A stretch of DNA of 32,000 nucleotides from Candidatus Lokiarchaeum ossiferum. GTDB lineage: Archaea > Asgardarchaeota > Lokiarchaeia > Sigyniarchaeales > Promethearchaeaceae. The notes under the pieces are model-generated. The model did not search any database and was not told the DNA's origin. It saw nothing but the letters and a program-made list of their open reading frames with translations. The stretch's first letter is position 1; each line of letters opens with the position of its first letter. Location: positions 5,790,001-5,822,000 of the forward strand of contig CP104013.1 in the NCBI GenBank assembly GCA_025839675.1. The letters run 5' to 3'. Both the position numbers and the translations under genes were made by a program. This document shows, one piece after another, positions 21,989-29,050 of this stretch.

Positions 21989-23818
21989 ATGAAAACTCTT
22001 AAACCTACTGTAAAAAAAGTTAACTCCTCAATTTTTTCCTATTATCAAGAAAAGTTGGTGTACTTAGCTGAGTATACTGCCCTAAAGGCAATAGAGCCCT
22101 ATCTTGCTCAATTTAAATCTGGAGAAAAACAAATATATTTTGTGAATAAACATGTTTCCACCCTCTACTTATCAGATGCGCTGCCTCCCGATCTTTTTCC
22201 CGAAATTGGTTTCTTCACTCATCTTACAACAATTCATTTTAGAAATCTTGATTCACTTACATGTTTCACGCACCTTTCCCCAACTTTAGAATGGTTACAT
22301 ATCGAATCCAAACATTTGCTCTCTTTTGAGGGGTTTCCTTCTCACTTAGACAAGCTTCAAGTCTTGTTGATTAAGTGTCCTAGCTTACACACCTTAGAAG
22401 GACTTCCCTCTATCTTGGATTCCCTTCAGTCTTTATCTATCTCTTGCAAAAGATTAAAATCTTTAAAAGGATTGCCGGAATCATCCCCTTCCCTTAGAAA
22501 TCTTGGAATTTGGGATACACCTATTGAGTCATTGGGTACCTACTTTCAACAAAGTTTTTTGTTAGAAGGAATTGGTTTAGAAAATGTTCCCATTAACAAT
22601 CTTCATAAGTTACCTTGTGAGTTGAATCATTTAGAAAAATTGGATTTGACTAATTGTGCTTTCCCGAACTTGGAAGGATTACCCCTTTCTTTACCCCGGT
22701 TAGAAAAAATGTACATTGGGATTGCATCTGATCGAGGAAACTATGAACACCCAACTGATGGTTATGATCTTATTCCATTTCACTCTGTGCAAGGTTTTCC
22801 CCAAGAAACCCCTTTGCTTGAAGAGTTATCCATCATTGGAACTGCCCTTACTTCATTAAAAGGGCTTACCCTCGCATTACCCAGACTAAATCATTTGATC
22901 ATCTCTTATAACCCCCTCCTCGTATCCATGCAAGGATTACCTAATGAGCTTCCAAATATGGAGTGGTTTGATATGGATAACAATGGCTTGCGCGATTTTC
23001 AATTTTTTCCTCGATTACCGGGAGCTCTGGAGTACCTTTCGTTCAAAAATAATCCTTTTCAATCTCTTCTAGGCATGTCGGAACATGTTTTAATAGAAAA
23101 ACACAGAAAATCTGAAATTGATCGAGTTTTTCGGCTTCCTCTTGAGTTCTCCAGGTTTGAATTAATTACTTTACATACCTCTTCCTTTGCCGCTTTAGTA
23201 GCAAATATTGCACGTTTTGATCTGATGGATGCTGAATTTGTCGGTAAGCAAAAATTTCCTCGATGTGCTGTGTCGCTCAATCTCACCCCAAAGGGATTTT
23301 TTCTTCTCAAGAAAGTGTGGGATTTTCATTGTATGAATTACGAAGCGATTTATGACGAGACCGCCTCCATGGATTACGAAATTGCTACCCTAAAAGTTCC
23401 ACGGGAGTGCACTCCTGAATCCTTCATGTTTTTTAAAACATTTCCCTCGCTATTCCTACCTCCTGATTATCAAATCTATTTTGATCAATGTGATGCCCAT
23501 CGGAAAAAGTGTGGCTGCGCAATGACTCGGTGGGATTTTGATGACCCCGCTTATTTCGCCGAAGCATCCGTGATTATCCTTTTAAAAGACGAAACTGGCG
23601 AAAATGATCAAATTTTTCTTCATGAAGCCTTCATGCGAGAATTGTATGCCTATTACCAGCTCTCGCCGATGGAATTAGCTCAAAAATATGTGGTAGAACA
23701 TTATCTGTCCGATGATGAGCGAGAGCGCCTGCTCTATGAGAAAAATACTGCGGTCATCAGATATTTGCTGCGTGAATTACCTGAGACAGACCCCATATTA
23801 GTGAAAATTCTGGAATAA
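21989..23818 (+). CDS. Cytoplasmic leucine-rich-repeat (LRR) protein with unassigned ~245-aa C-terminal domain
   Basis: 609-aa ORF starting at ATG with an upstream GGAG. I see no signal peptide or TM segment. It has an LRR solenoid (next feature). The C-terminal part (aa ~363-609, nt ~23075-23815) has no motif I recognise. Confidence 0.85.
   Translation: MKTLKPTVKKVNSSIFSYYQEKLVYLAEYTALKAIEPYLAQFKSGEKQIYFVNKHVSTLYLSDALPPDLFPEIGFFTHLTTIHFRNLDSLTCFTHLSPTLEWLHIESKHLLSFEGFPSHLDKLQVLLIKCPSLHTLEGLPSILDSLQSLSISCKRLKSLKGLPESSPSLRNLGIWDTPIESLGTYFQQSFLLEGIGLENVPINNLHKLPCELNHLEKLDLTNCAFPNLEGLPLSLPRLEKMYIGIASDRGNYEHPTDGYDLIPFHSVQGFPQETPLLEELSIIGTALTSLKGLTLALPRLNHLIISYNPLLVSMQGLPNELPNMEWFDMDNNGLRDFQFFPRLPGALEYLSFKNNPFQSLLGMSEHVLIEKHRKSEIDRVFRLPLEFSRFELITLHTSSFAALVANIARFDLMDAEFVGKQKFPRCAVSLNLTPKGFFLLKKVWDFHCMNYEAIYDETASMDYEIATLKVPRECTPESFMFFKTFPSLFLPPDYQIYFDQCDAHRKKCGCAMTRWDFDDPAYFAEASVIILLKDETGENDQIFLHEAFMRELYAYYQLSPMELAQKYVVEHYLSDDERERLLYEKNTAVIRYLLRELPETDPILVKILE
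22196..23074 (+). repeat. About 12 tandem 23-aa LRR units (69-nt period) inside the LRR gene
   Basis: The unit consensus is [LF]P..L..L..L.I....L.SL.G. Examples are FPSHLDKLQVLLIKCPSLHTLEG, LPSILDSLQSLSISCKRLKSLKG, LPCELNHLEKLDLTNCAFPNLEG and LPNELPNMEWFDMDNNGLRDFQF. Unit 8 carries a ~16-aa insertion (SDRGNYEHPTDGYDLI). Confidence 0.8.
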
Positions 23819-23838
23819 TTTCAGTAGATAAATATCTT

Positions 23839-23850
23839 GATAAAAATAAT
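23839..23850 (+). promoter_or_regulatory. Putative TATA-like box for the SIR2-TPR gene (leaderless or short-leader transcript)
   Basis: GATAAAAATAAT is centred about 26 nt upstream of the ATG at 23871. There is no oligo-T tract between 23818 and 23871, so read-through from the LRR gene is equally possible. Confidence 0.25.
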
Positions 23851-23870
23851 CTGAAGATGAATATGATATT

Positions 23871-26354
23871 ATGTTGAAAAATAAGTTTCATGAATTGATC
23901 AAGAATAAGCCTCTTACATTTTTAGCGGGAGCAGGATGTTCAGTTGATAATCCTTCAAATCTCCCCGCAGGTAGTACAATGATAAGAAAAATTATTAGAT
24001 TTACTTGTGCTCTTGAAGAAACAAATAAGTTACTTTCTCTGAAGGATTTACGTTTTGAACAACTAATGGATATATTACGAGAACAACTAGATCCTGAATT
24101 ACATATAATAGATTATTTTTCTCTAAATAAATCTCCAAATTTACAACATTTTTTTCTTGCCCAGATGATAAAACTAGGTCATATTGTTATGACTACAAAT
24201 TTTGATTGTCTAATTGAGCAAGCATTATTAGAAAGTGATATTCCAAAAGAAAAATGTAGAGCAATCATCACTCGTAAAGATTTTAAACGATATTCAAATC
24301 CATCTCTATTATTTCAGCAAGGATTTTTTGGAGTTTATAAAATTCATGGTTCCGCTCTAAATCAATTTACTAAGAAATCTACGCGTGAATCCCTAGTTGC
24401 AACAATCCAAGCTTTTGGACAAAATAAAGAAGAAAGATCCGTTTTTCAAGTAGAAAAATTCAAAAAAGAATTTTTTACTCATGTTGATGATAACAGGACA
24501 CTCGTTGTAATGGGTTATTCAGGATATGATGATTTTGATATTGTTCCCACTTTAAAATTATTAAAAGATTTTAATGCAATCATTTGGATTGAATATCAGA
24601 AACATGATAATGGACAAGAAATAATTGAAAATATCCAAGATATAGTTCCATCCCCCGAGGATAAAATAGGAAAAATTTTATACGAAATTAAGCAAATTGG
24701 TGAAATAAAAGAAATTTACAGGATAAGAGCAAATACATCTCGATTAATTACTGAATTTTTTGAAAATAAGAAAAAACCGAGAGTAAAACAATATGAAATA
24801 CAAAATTTAGATGAATGGATGGAATCTGAACTGCCGAAACCAAAAAAATTCAAAAACTACTCGATTCCGTTTGATATCTATAATAAATTACTATTTCAAG
24901 AAGATGCCCTAAGATGCGGAGAAAAAATCTTAGAAATTGCAAATAAATCCCAAAATTTAGAGCTGAAAGCAACTACATTCAATAATGTTGGGTTAATTTT
25001 TCTTAATCAAGGAAAATATGATGAAGCTTTGAAATATTTTACAAATTCTTTGAATTTCTGTAATAAATTGAGTAGTCATAAAGGAAAAGCAGCAAGGTTA
25101 AACAATATAGGTCTAGTCTATAAAATGTGTGGAAATATAGACAAAGCATTGGAATATTATAAGGATGCATTTGAAATTGATATAAAGATCGGGGATATTA
25201 AGGGAAAATCAAATAGATTAAATAATATCGGACAAATTTTAGAGATCCAAGGTGAAATAGATGAAGCAATTAGTCACTATAGAAAATCGCTAGAAATTGA
25301 TAATGAAATGGGCGATCTTCATCAAAAATCCATTAAACTAAACAATATTGGTGAATTATTGTTCAAATGTGGAAAATGGGATGAAGCCTTAGAATATAAT
25401 CATGAAGCTTTTGAAATTGCAGAAAAATTAGCTGATTTAAGAGGTGTTGCTCGTTATTTAAATAATAAGGCGAATATTTTGCTTAATAAAGGTATTTTAG
25501 AGGATTCTTTTCAATATTATCAAAAATCTTTGAATATTGCTGAAAAAATTGGGGATATTCGTTTAAAATCAAAAATATTAATGAACTTAGGAGATTATTC
25601 AGAAAAGAAAGGAAATTATGTAATTTCGGAGAAATATTACAAAAAATCATTAGATGTTGTTGATAAATTAAAAGATCCACACTTAACCGCATCAATACTA
25701 ATAAAAATGGGTGAATTGCTAAAAAATAGGGGTATTTTTGACAAATCTTTAGCCATTTTTAAAGAAGCTTGGAATAAAATTGAAAAATCAATAAATATAG
25801 AATTAAAATTTTCTTTATTATATCAGATTGGAGATGTTTTGCATTATCAGAAAGAATTAGATATGGCACTTCAATATTTTCAAAATTCTTTGAAATTTTC
25901 AAATAAAATGAAGAATAGGTCACATTCCGCTTCAGTATATAACAATATTGGCTTAATTTATTATAAAAAAAAAAAAGATTCTGATTCTCTTAAGTATTAT
26001 AATAAAGCATTAAAAATATCAAAGGAAATAGGAAATATTAGATTACAATCAAGTGTCTTAAATAATTTTGGCACATTCTATTCCGCTAAAGGGAATTATA
26101 AGGAAGCATTTATTCATTTTCAACAAGCTCTATTAATTGATGAGAAATTAGACCAACCAAAATCAAAAGCAGAATTGCTTAACAACATGGGAATAGTTCT
26201 TTTTCGATTGGGAAAAAAAGTGGAATCTCTGGTGAACTTAAAAAATGCTCTAGATACATTAAATAATGGCAATCTTGAAAATATTGGATTAGCAAATACA
26301 ATAAAAAAAAATATCAACAATATTTTGAAGAATAATCAACCTTTCTCGAACTAA
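23871..26354 (+). CDS. SIR2-like (SIR2_2 / NADase-type) domain fused to an 11-unit TPR solenoid
   Basis: 827-aa ORF. The N-terminal part carries the SIR2_2 motif series and the C-terminal part is a regular TPR array (sub-features below). I see no P-loop (GxxxxGK[ST]), TM segment or signal peptide. Confidence 0.9.
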   Translation: MLKNKFHELIKNKPLTFLAGAGCSVDNPSNLPAGSTMIRKIIRFTCALEETNKLLSLKDLRFEQLMDILREQLDPELHIIDYFSLNKSPNLQHFFLAQMIKLGHIVMTTNFDCLIEQALLESDIPKEKCRAIITRKDFKRYSNPSLLFQQGFFGVYKIHGSALNQFTKKSTRESLVATIQAFGQNKEERSVFQVEKFKKEFFTHVDDNRTLVVMGYSGYDDFDIVPTLKLLKDFNAIIWIEYQKHDNGQEIIENIQDIVPSPEDKIGKILYEIKQIGEIKEIYRIRANTSRLITEFFENKKKPRVKQYEIQNLDEWMESELPKPKKFKNYSIPFDIYNKLLFQEDALRCGEKILEIANKSQNLELKATTFNNVGLIFLNQGKYDEALKYFTNSLNFCNKLSSHKGKAARLNNIGLVYKMCGNIDKALEYYKDAFEIDIKIGDIKGKSNRLNNIGQILEIQGEIDEAISHYRKSLEIDNEMGDLHQKSIKLNNIGELLFKCGKWDEALEYNHEAFEIAEKLADLRGVARYLNNKANILLNKGILEDSFQYYQKSLNIAEKIGDIRLKSKILMNLGDYSEKKGNYVISEKYYKKSLDVVDKLKDPHLTASILIKMGELLKNRGIFDKSLAIFKEAWNKIEKSINIELKFSLLYQIGDVLHYQKELDMALQYFQNSLKFSNKMKNRSHSASVYNNIGLIYYKKKKDSDSLKYYNKALKISKEIGNIRLQSSVLNNFGTFYSAKGNYKEAFIHFQQALLIDEKLDQPKSKAELLNNMGIVLFRLGKKVESLVNLKNALDTLNNGNLENIGLANTIKKNINNILKNNQPFSN
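23907..24605 (+). other. SIR2_2-type domain with putative catalytic Asn110 and His159
   Basis: The motifs occur in canonical order. They are LTFLAGAGCSVDNPSNLPAGS (GAGCS at 23928-23942), VMTTNFDCLIEQAL (Asn110 codon 24198-24200), VYKIHGS (His159 codon 24345-24347) and LVVMGYSGYDDFDI. The same motif set occurs in ThsA, DSR-type and other defence-associated SIR2 domains. Confidence 0.75.
24969..26288 (+). repeat. Eleven TPR-like (TPR_12/LGN-type) units in exact 40-aa / 120-nt register
   Basis: The hallmark dipeptide falls at aa 371, 411, 451, 491, 531, 571, 611, 651, 691, 731 and 771. At most of these positions it is NN (NNVGLIF, NNIGLVY, NNIGQIL, NNIGELL, NNKANIL, MNLGDYS, IKMGELL, YQIGDVL, NNIGLIY, NNFGTFY, NNMGIVL). 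No indel occurs across the 11 units. Confidence 0.85.
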
Positions 26355-26557
26355 ACATGATTTTGCATACAATATTGAAGAAAAAAATTCTCATTTCACC
26401 TTCATCACCAATTACTATTGCCAAATGGGGTTTAAAATATCAACAAAGTCTATAGTTTTGAAGGTGAAGTCGATTTCAAGGTTGCTCCATATTATTATAT
26501 TTTTTTGAAGTTGGAAAAGGTAGCTACTTCCTATCTTTTTATCTAGTTCATTTTTTT

Positions 26558-27673
26558 ATGAGTTTCTTTCCAATAGAATTTGAAATCAGACGTAAATTTA
26601 TTAGAGTAGGTTATCTTTTTTTTTCTGAGACAAAAATGATCGCCACAACTCTTTTAAAAGAACCCCTTACGCCCTCTAAACGTTATCAATTCGAGAAACT
26701 TGGGAAAGGATTTCAGTTTTTGCAAAAAACTCGCTGGATTTATATCATTGTCATGGGTATCTTTTCCTTTAAGACACTTTTACAAAAAACTTTCTTTGGT
26801 CCTTTCTATGGTTGGATTGTGGATTCAAATTCAGATTCCTATTCCGGAATCCCTATGGGCCTATTAATATTTGGGATTCTTGCTATTTCAGTACCTCGGT
26901 TGATAGGAAATATAAATTTCATTGTTCAACTAAAAAGAACTGCCAAAATAATGCATGATGATCACTTCAAAAAAGCCTATCGATATCAACAAGCCCGTAT
27001 TGCTTTTTATGCCATTAATATCATCTTCATTGCTCTGATAGCGAACCGGATAATTATGTCCTTAAACAGATATTATTATTCCATAGTCGAGTATTTAGCT
27101 GCGTTCGCCCAATTTCCGACTCGTTATGGGATGGATGAAAATGTAATTGCGCTGGTAGTATTCTTTGGCTTGTTTTCATTAATGGAAAAATTAGTGAATT
27201 ACCTTACTTGGCGAGAATTCAGTTTTTGGAGTCAAAAACAGATAGATCAGGATAAAACATCTAAAAATTCCGAAATAATTCCCATGATGTTGAAGGGAAG
27301 CAAATGGATGCGTTATAGCATCATACTCATGCTTTTTGAATCTACAATTGGGAATATTGTCTTCAATCTTGGATTGAAAAAGCTTGAAAGGGGTTTTTCC
27401 TATTTTCCTAATCAAGAAGTGATGATCACCCCAATGAATTGCTTAAATCTATCAGCAATTTATCCTCACCAAGGTTTTATACCTTATCATACTACCGAAA
27501 ATACCTTTCAACGGCAGAATATCCAAAAAACCACTATCAATGATCAGCATCTTGCTACAACCTCCATTACGTCATATCCAATTCAAGAAATGGCTCAGTA
27601 TTGTGGATTCTGTGGTGTTGAACACCGATTCCAGAATGCTCAGTATTGTTGGAATTGTGGAAGAGAATTATAG
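26558..27673 (+). CDS. Polytopic membrane protein (about 5 TM) with C-terminal CxxC...CxxC zinc ribbon
   Basis: 371-aa ORF. Hydrophobic segments are WIYIIVMGIFSF, IPMGLLIFGILAISVP, IAFYAINIIFIALIANRIIM, VIALVVFFGLFSLM and YSIILMLFESTIGNIVFNLGL. The start is uncertain: ATG at 26558, or Met26 at about 26633. Confidence 0.7.
   Translation: MSFFPIEFEIRRKFIRVGYLFFSETKMIATTLLKEPLTPSKRYQFEKLGKGFQFLQKTRWIYIIVMGIFSFKTLLQKTFFGPFYGWIVDSNSDSYSGIPMGLLIFGILAISVPRLIGNINFIVQLKRTAKIMHDDHFKKAYRYQQARIAFYAINIIFIALIANRIIMSLNRYYYSIVEYLAAFAQFPTRYGMDENVIALVVFFGLFSLMEKLVNYLTWREFSFWSQKQIDQDKTSKNSEIIPMMLKGSKWMRYSIILMLFESTIGNIVFNLGLKKLERGFSYFPNQEVMITPMNCLNLSAIYPHQGFIPYHTTENTFQRQNIQKTTINDQHLATTSITSYPIQEMAQYCGFCGVEHRFQNAQYCWNCGREL
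27602..27658 (+). other. Zinc-ribbon motif at the C-terminus of the membrane protein
   Basis: CGFCGVEHRFQNAQYCWNCG is a Cys-x2-Cys-x12-Cys-x2-Cys arrangement ending 4 residues before the stop codon. Confidence 0.65.
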
Positions 27674-27886
27674 TCGTGCAATGGCAATTTCTTATCTATT
27701 TCTTCAATTTTTTTGATCATTTTTTATAAAAAAGGAAAGTAGGATTATCAACTTCCCTATCTGAAATGTTTTTGCAATACTTGGTGGCTTTCATGAGCTA
27801 TCGATTTTAAAATCATCTAAAAATCAAAAATGTAAGTGCTTCTTTATTCAAAAAACGACGTGTTGGGATAGGATAAGTTACCTATG

Positions 27887-27895
27887 TTTAAAAAA
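27887..27895 (+). promoter_or_regulatory. Putative TATA-like box for the UPF0284 gene
   Basis: TTTAAAAAA is centred about 26 nt upstream of the ATG at 27917, a spacing consistent with a leaderless archaeal transcript. Confidence 0.3.
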
Positions 27896-27916
27896 TGATG
27901 ATGCTTTTGACAAATT

Positions 27917-29005
27917 ATGGATTCAATTTTAAAAATTGGAAATCAAGGAAGATGTGATCTTTTTCTAAATCACATTGTTGGAAAGAGTCCTTTATTAGTA
28001 ACTGTGATTGGAAACACCGAAACGGGGAAAATTCCTGGGATTTCTGCCGCTGGGGCGAATCCAAATATTACTGATTTTACTCCCGCAGCTGATATAGAGT
28101 ATTTATATTATGAATTCTGTAAATGTATCCAAGGTGTTCCAGTAACTCCTACAGGTATTCCCACGCCTGGAATAATTACTAAAGCGATTATTGATCATTT
28201 AGATTTTCCTCATCTCACAGTTATTGGAGGTGTGAATATTTTCCCTTCCGCTCCCTTTATTTCTTTAGGGGGAAATGCAGGGGGTGATATTTCAACTGGT
28301 AGCGCTGTTGAAAACCCTGAAAAGATATTTGCTAATGGAGAAATTCTTGGTAAAAACCTCTCAAAAATTGCAAATTATCTTGTGATTGGGGAATCAATTG
28401 CTGGTGGGACAACTACTGCTCTTGGTGTTCTTACAGCGTTAGGTTATGATGCAAATAATAAAGTAAGTAGTTCCTTGCCAGAAAATCCATCTCGATTAAA
28501 GATTGATATTGTGACAAGTGGCTTAAAGGCAAGAAATCTGAAGAAAGGAGATTTAAAAGAAGATCCCCTTAATGCTATAAAATATTTTGGTGATCCGATG
28601 CAAGCAGCAGTATTGGGAATCATTTCTGGTGTATCTGGAAAAATTCCGGTATTATTAGCTGGTGGAACTCAGATGGCAGCAGTACTCGCTCTTGCACAAA
28701 ATCTAAATCCTAATTTAATTTCAAACGTGGCTATAGGAACGACAAAGTGGATTGTTAACGATGAAAGTTCAGATATTTTAAATTTAATAAATCAAATCAA
28801 TCCTACGGTTCCCATTTTGGCTGCAAATTTCAACTTTGGAGATATAAAGTATGAAGGATTAAGAGTTTATGAAACTGGAATGGTAAAGGAAGGGGTTGGG
28901 GCAGGAGGATGTGCAATTGCGGCTATAATGACCGATCCTAAGAAAATGACCATTGACATATTGCAAAAAGAAATAGAAAAAAAATATGAGCATTTATCCC
29001 TTTGA
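27917..29005 (+). CDS. UPF0284 family protein (TIGR00303-type, archaeal CobT-like nicotinate-mononucleotide phosphoribosyltransferase homologue)
   Basis: VIGNTETGKIPGISAAGANP, VIGESIAGGTTTALGVLTALGYDA, LLAGGTQMAAVLAL and VKEGVGAGGCAIAA match the conserved blocks I remember from MJ1598-type UPF0284 proteins, and the length (362 aa) fits. Confidence 0.85.
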   Translation: MDSILKIGNQGRCDLFLNHIVGKSPLLVTVIGNTETGKIPGISAAGANPNITDFTPAADIEYLYYEFCKCIQGVPVTPTGIPTPGIITKAIIDHLDFPHLTVIGGVNIFPSAPFISLGGNAGGDISTGSAVENPEKIFANGEILGKNLSKIANYLVIGESIAGGTTTALGVLTALGYDANNKVSSSLPENPSRLKIDIVTSGLKARNLKKGDLKEDPLNAIKYFGDPMQAAVLGIISGVSGKIPVLLAGGTQMAAVLALAQNLNPNLISNVAIGTTKWIVNDESSDILNLINQINPTVPILAANFNFGDIKYEGLRVYETGMVKEGVGAGGCAIAAIMTDPKKMTIDILQKEIEKKYEHLSL

Positions 29006-29046
29006 AATCCCTTCAGATTTCAGGTAAATTAATGAACCCTTTTTTT
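29003..29046 (+). terminator. Hairpin plus T7 tract between convergent genes
   Basis: TGAAATC (29003-29009) pairs with GATTTCA (29016-29022) across a 6-nt loop. A T7 tract at 29040-29046 lies just before the stop codon (29051-29053) of the convergent gene. Confidence 0.4.
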
Positions 29047-29050
29047 AACG

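Noticed and set aside
23440-23500. SUKH/SMI1-KNR4-like immunity-domain motif in the LRR protein's C-terminal domain (FLPPDYQIYF)
   Set aside because: It resembles the 'LP-x-D-Y-x-x-F' box of SUKH domains, but it is a single short match in the wrong part of the domain with no other family features. I left the domain unassigned.
23871-26354. STAND/NLR-like (NTPase-containing) classification of the SIR2-TPR protein
   Set aside because: No Walker A (GxxxxGK[ST]) or Walker B-like motif is visible between the SIR2 domain and the TPR array. The ~120-aa linker is too short for an NB-ARC/AAA module.
23059-27415. Antisense ORFs 23059-23310, 25483-25695, 26120-26320 and 27191-27415 (- strand)
   Set aside because: Each lies fully inside a longer, motif-supported + strand CDS. 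AT-rich antisense frames of repeat genes readily stay open for 60-80 codons.
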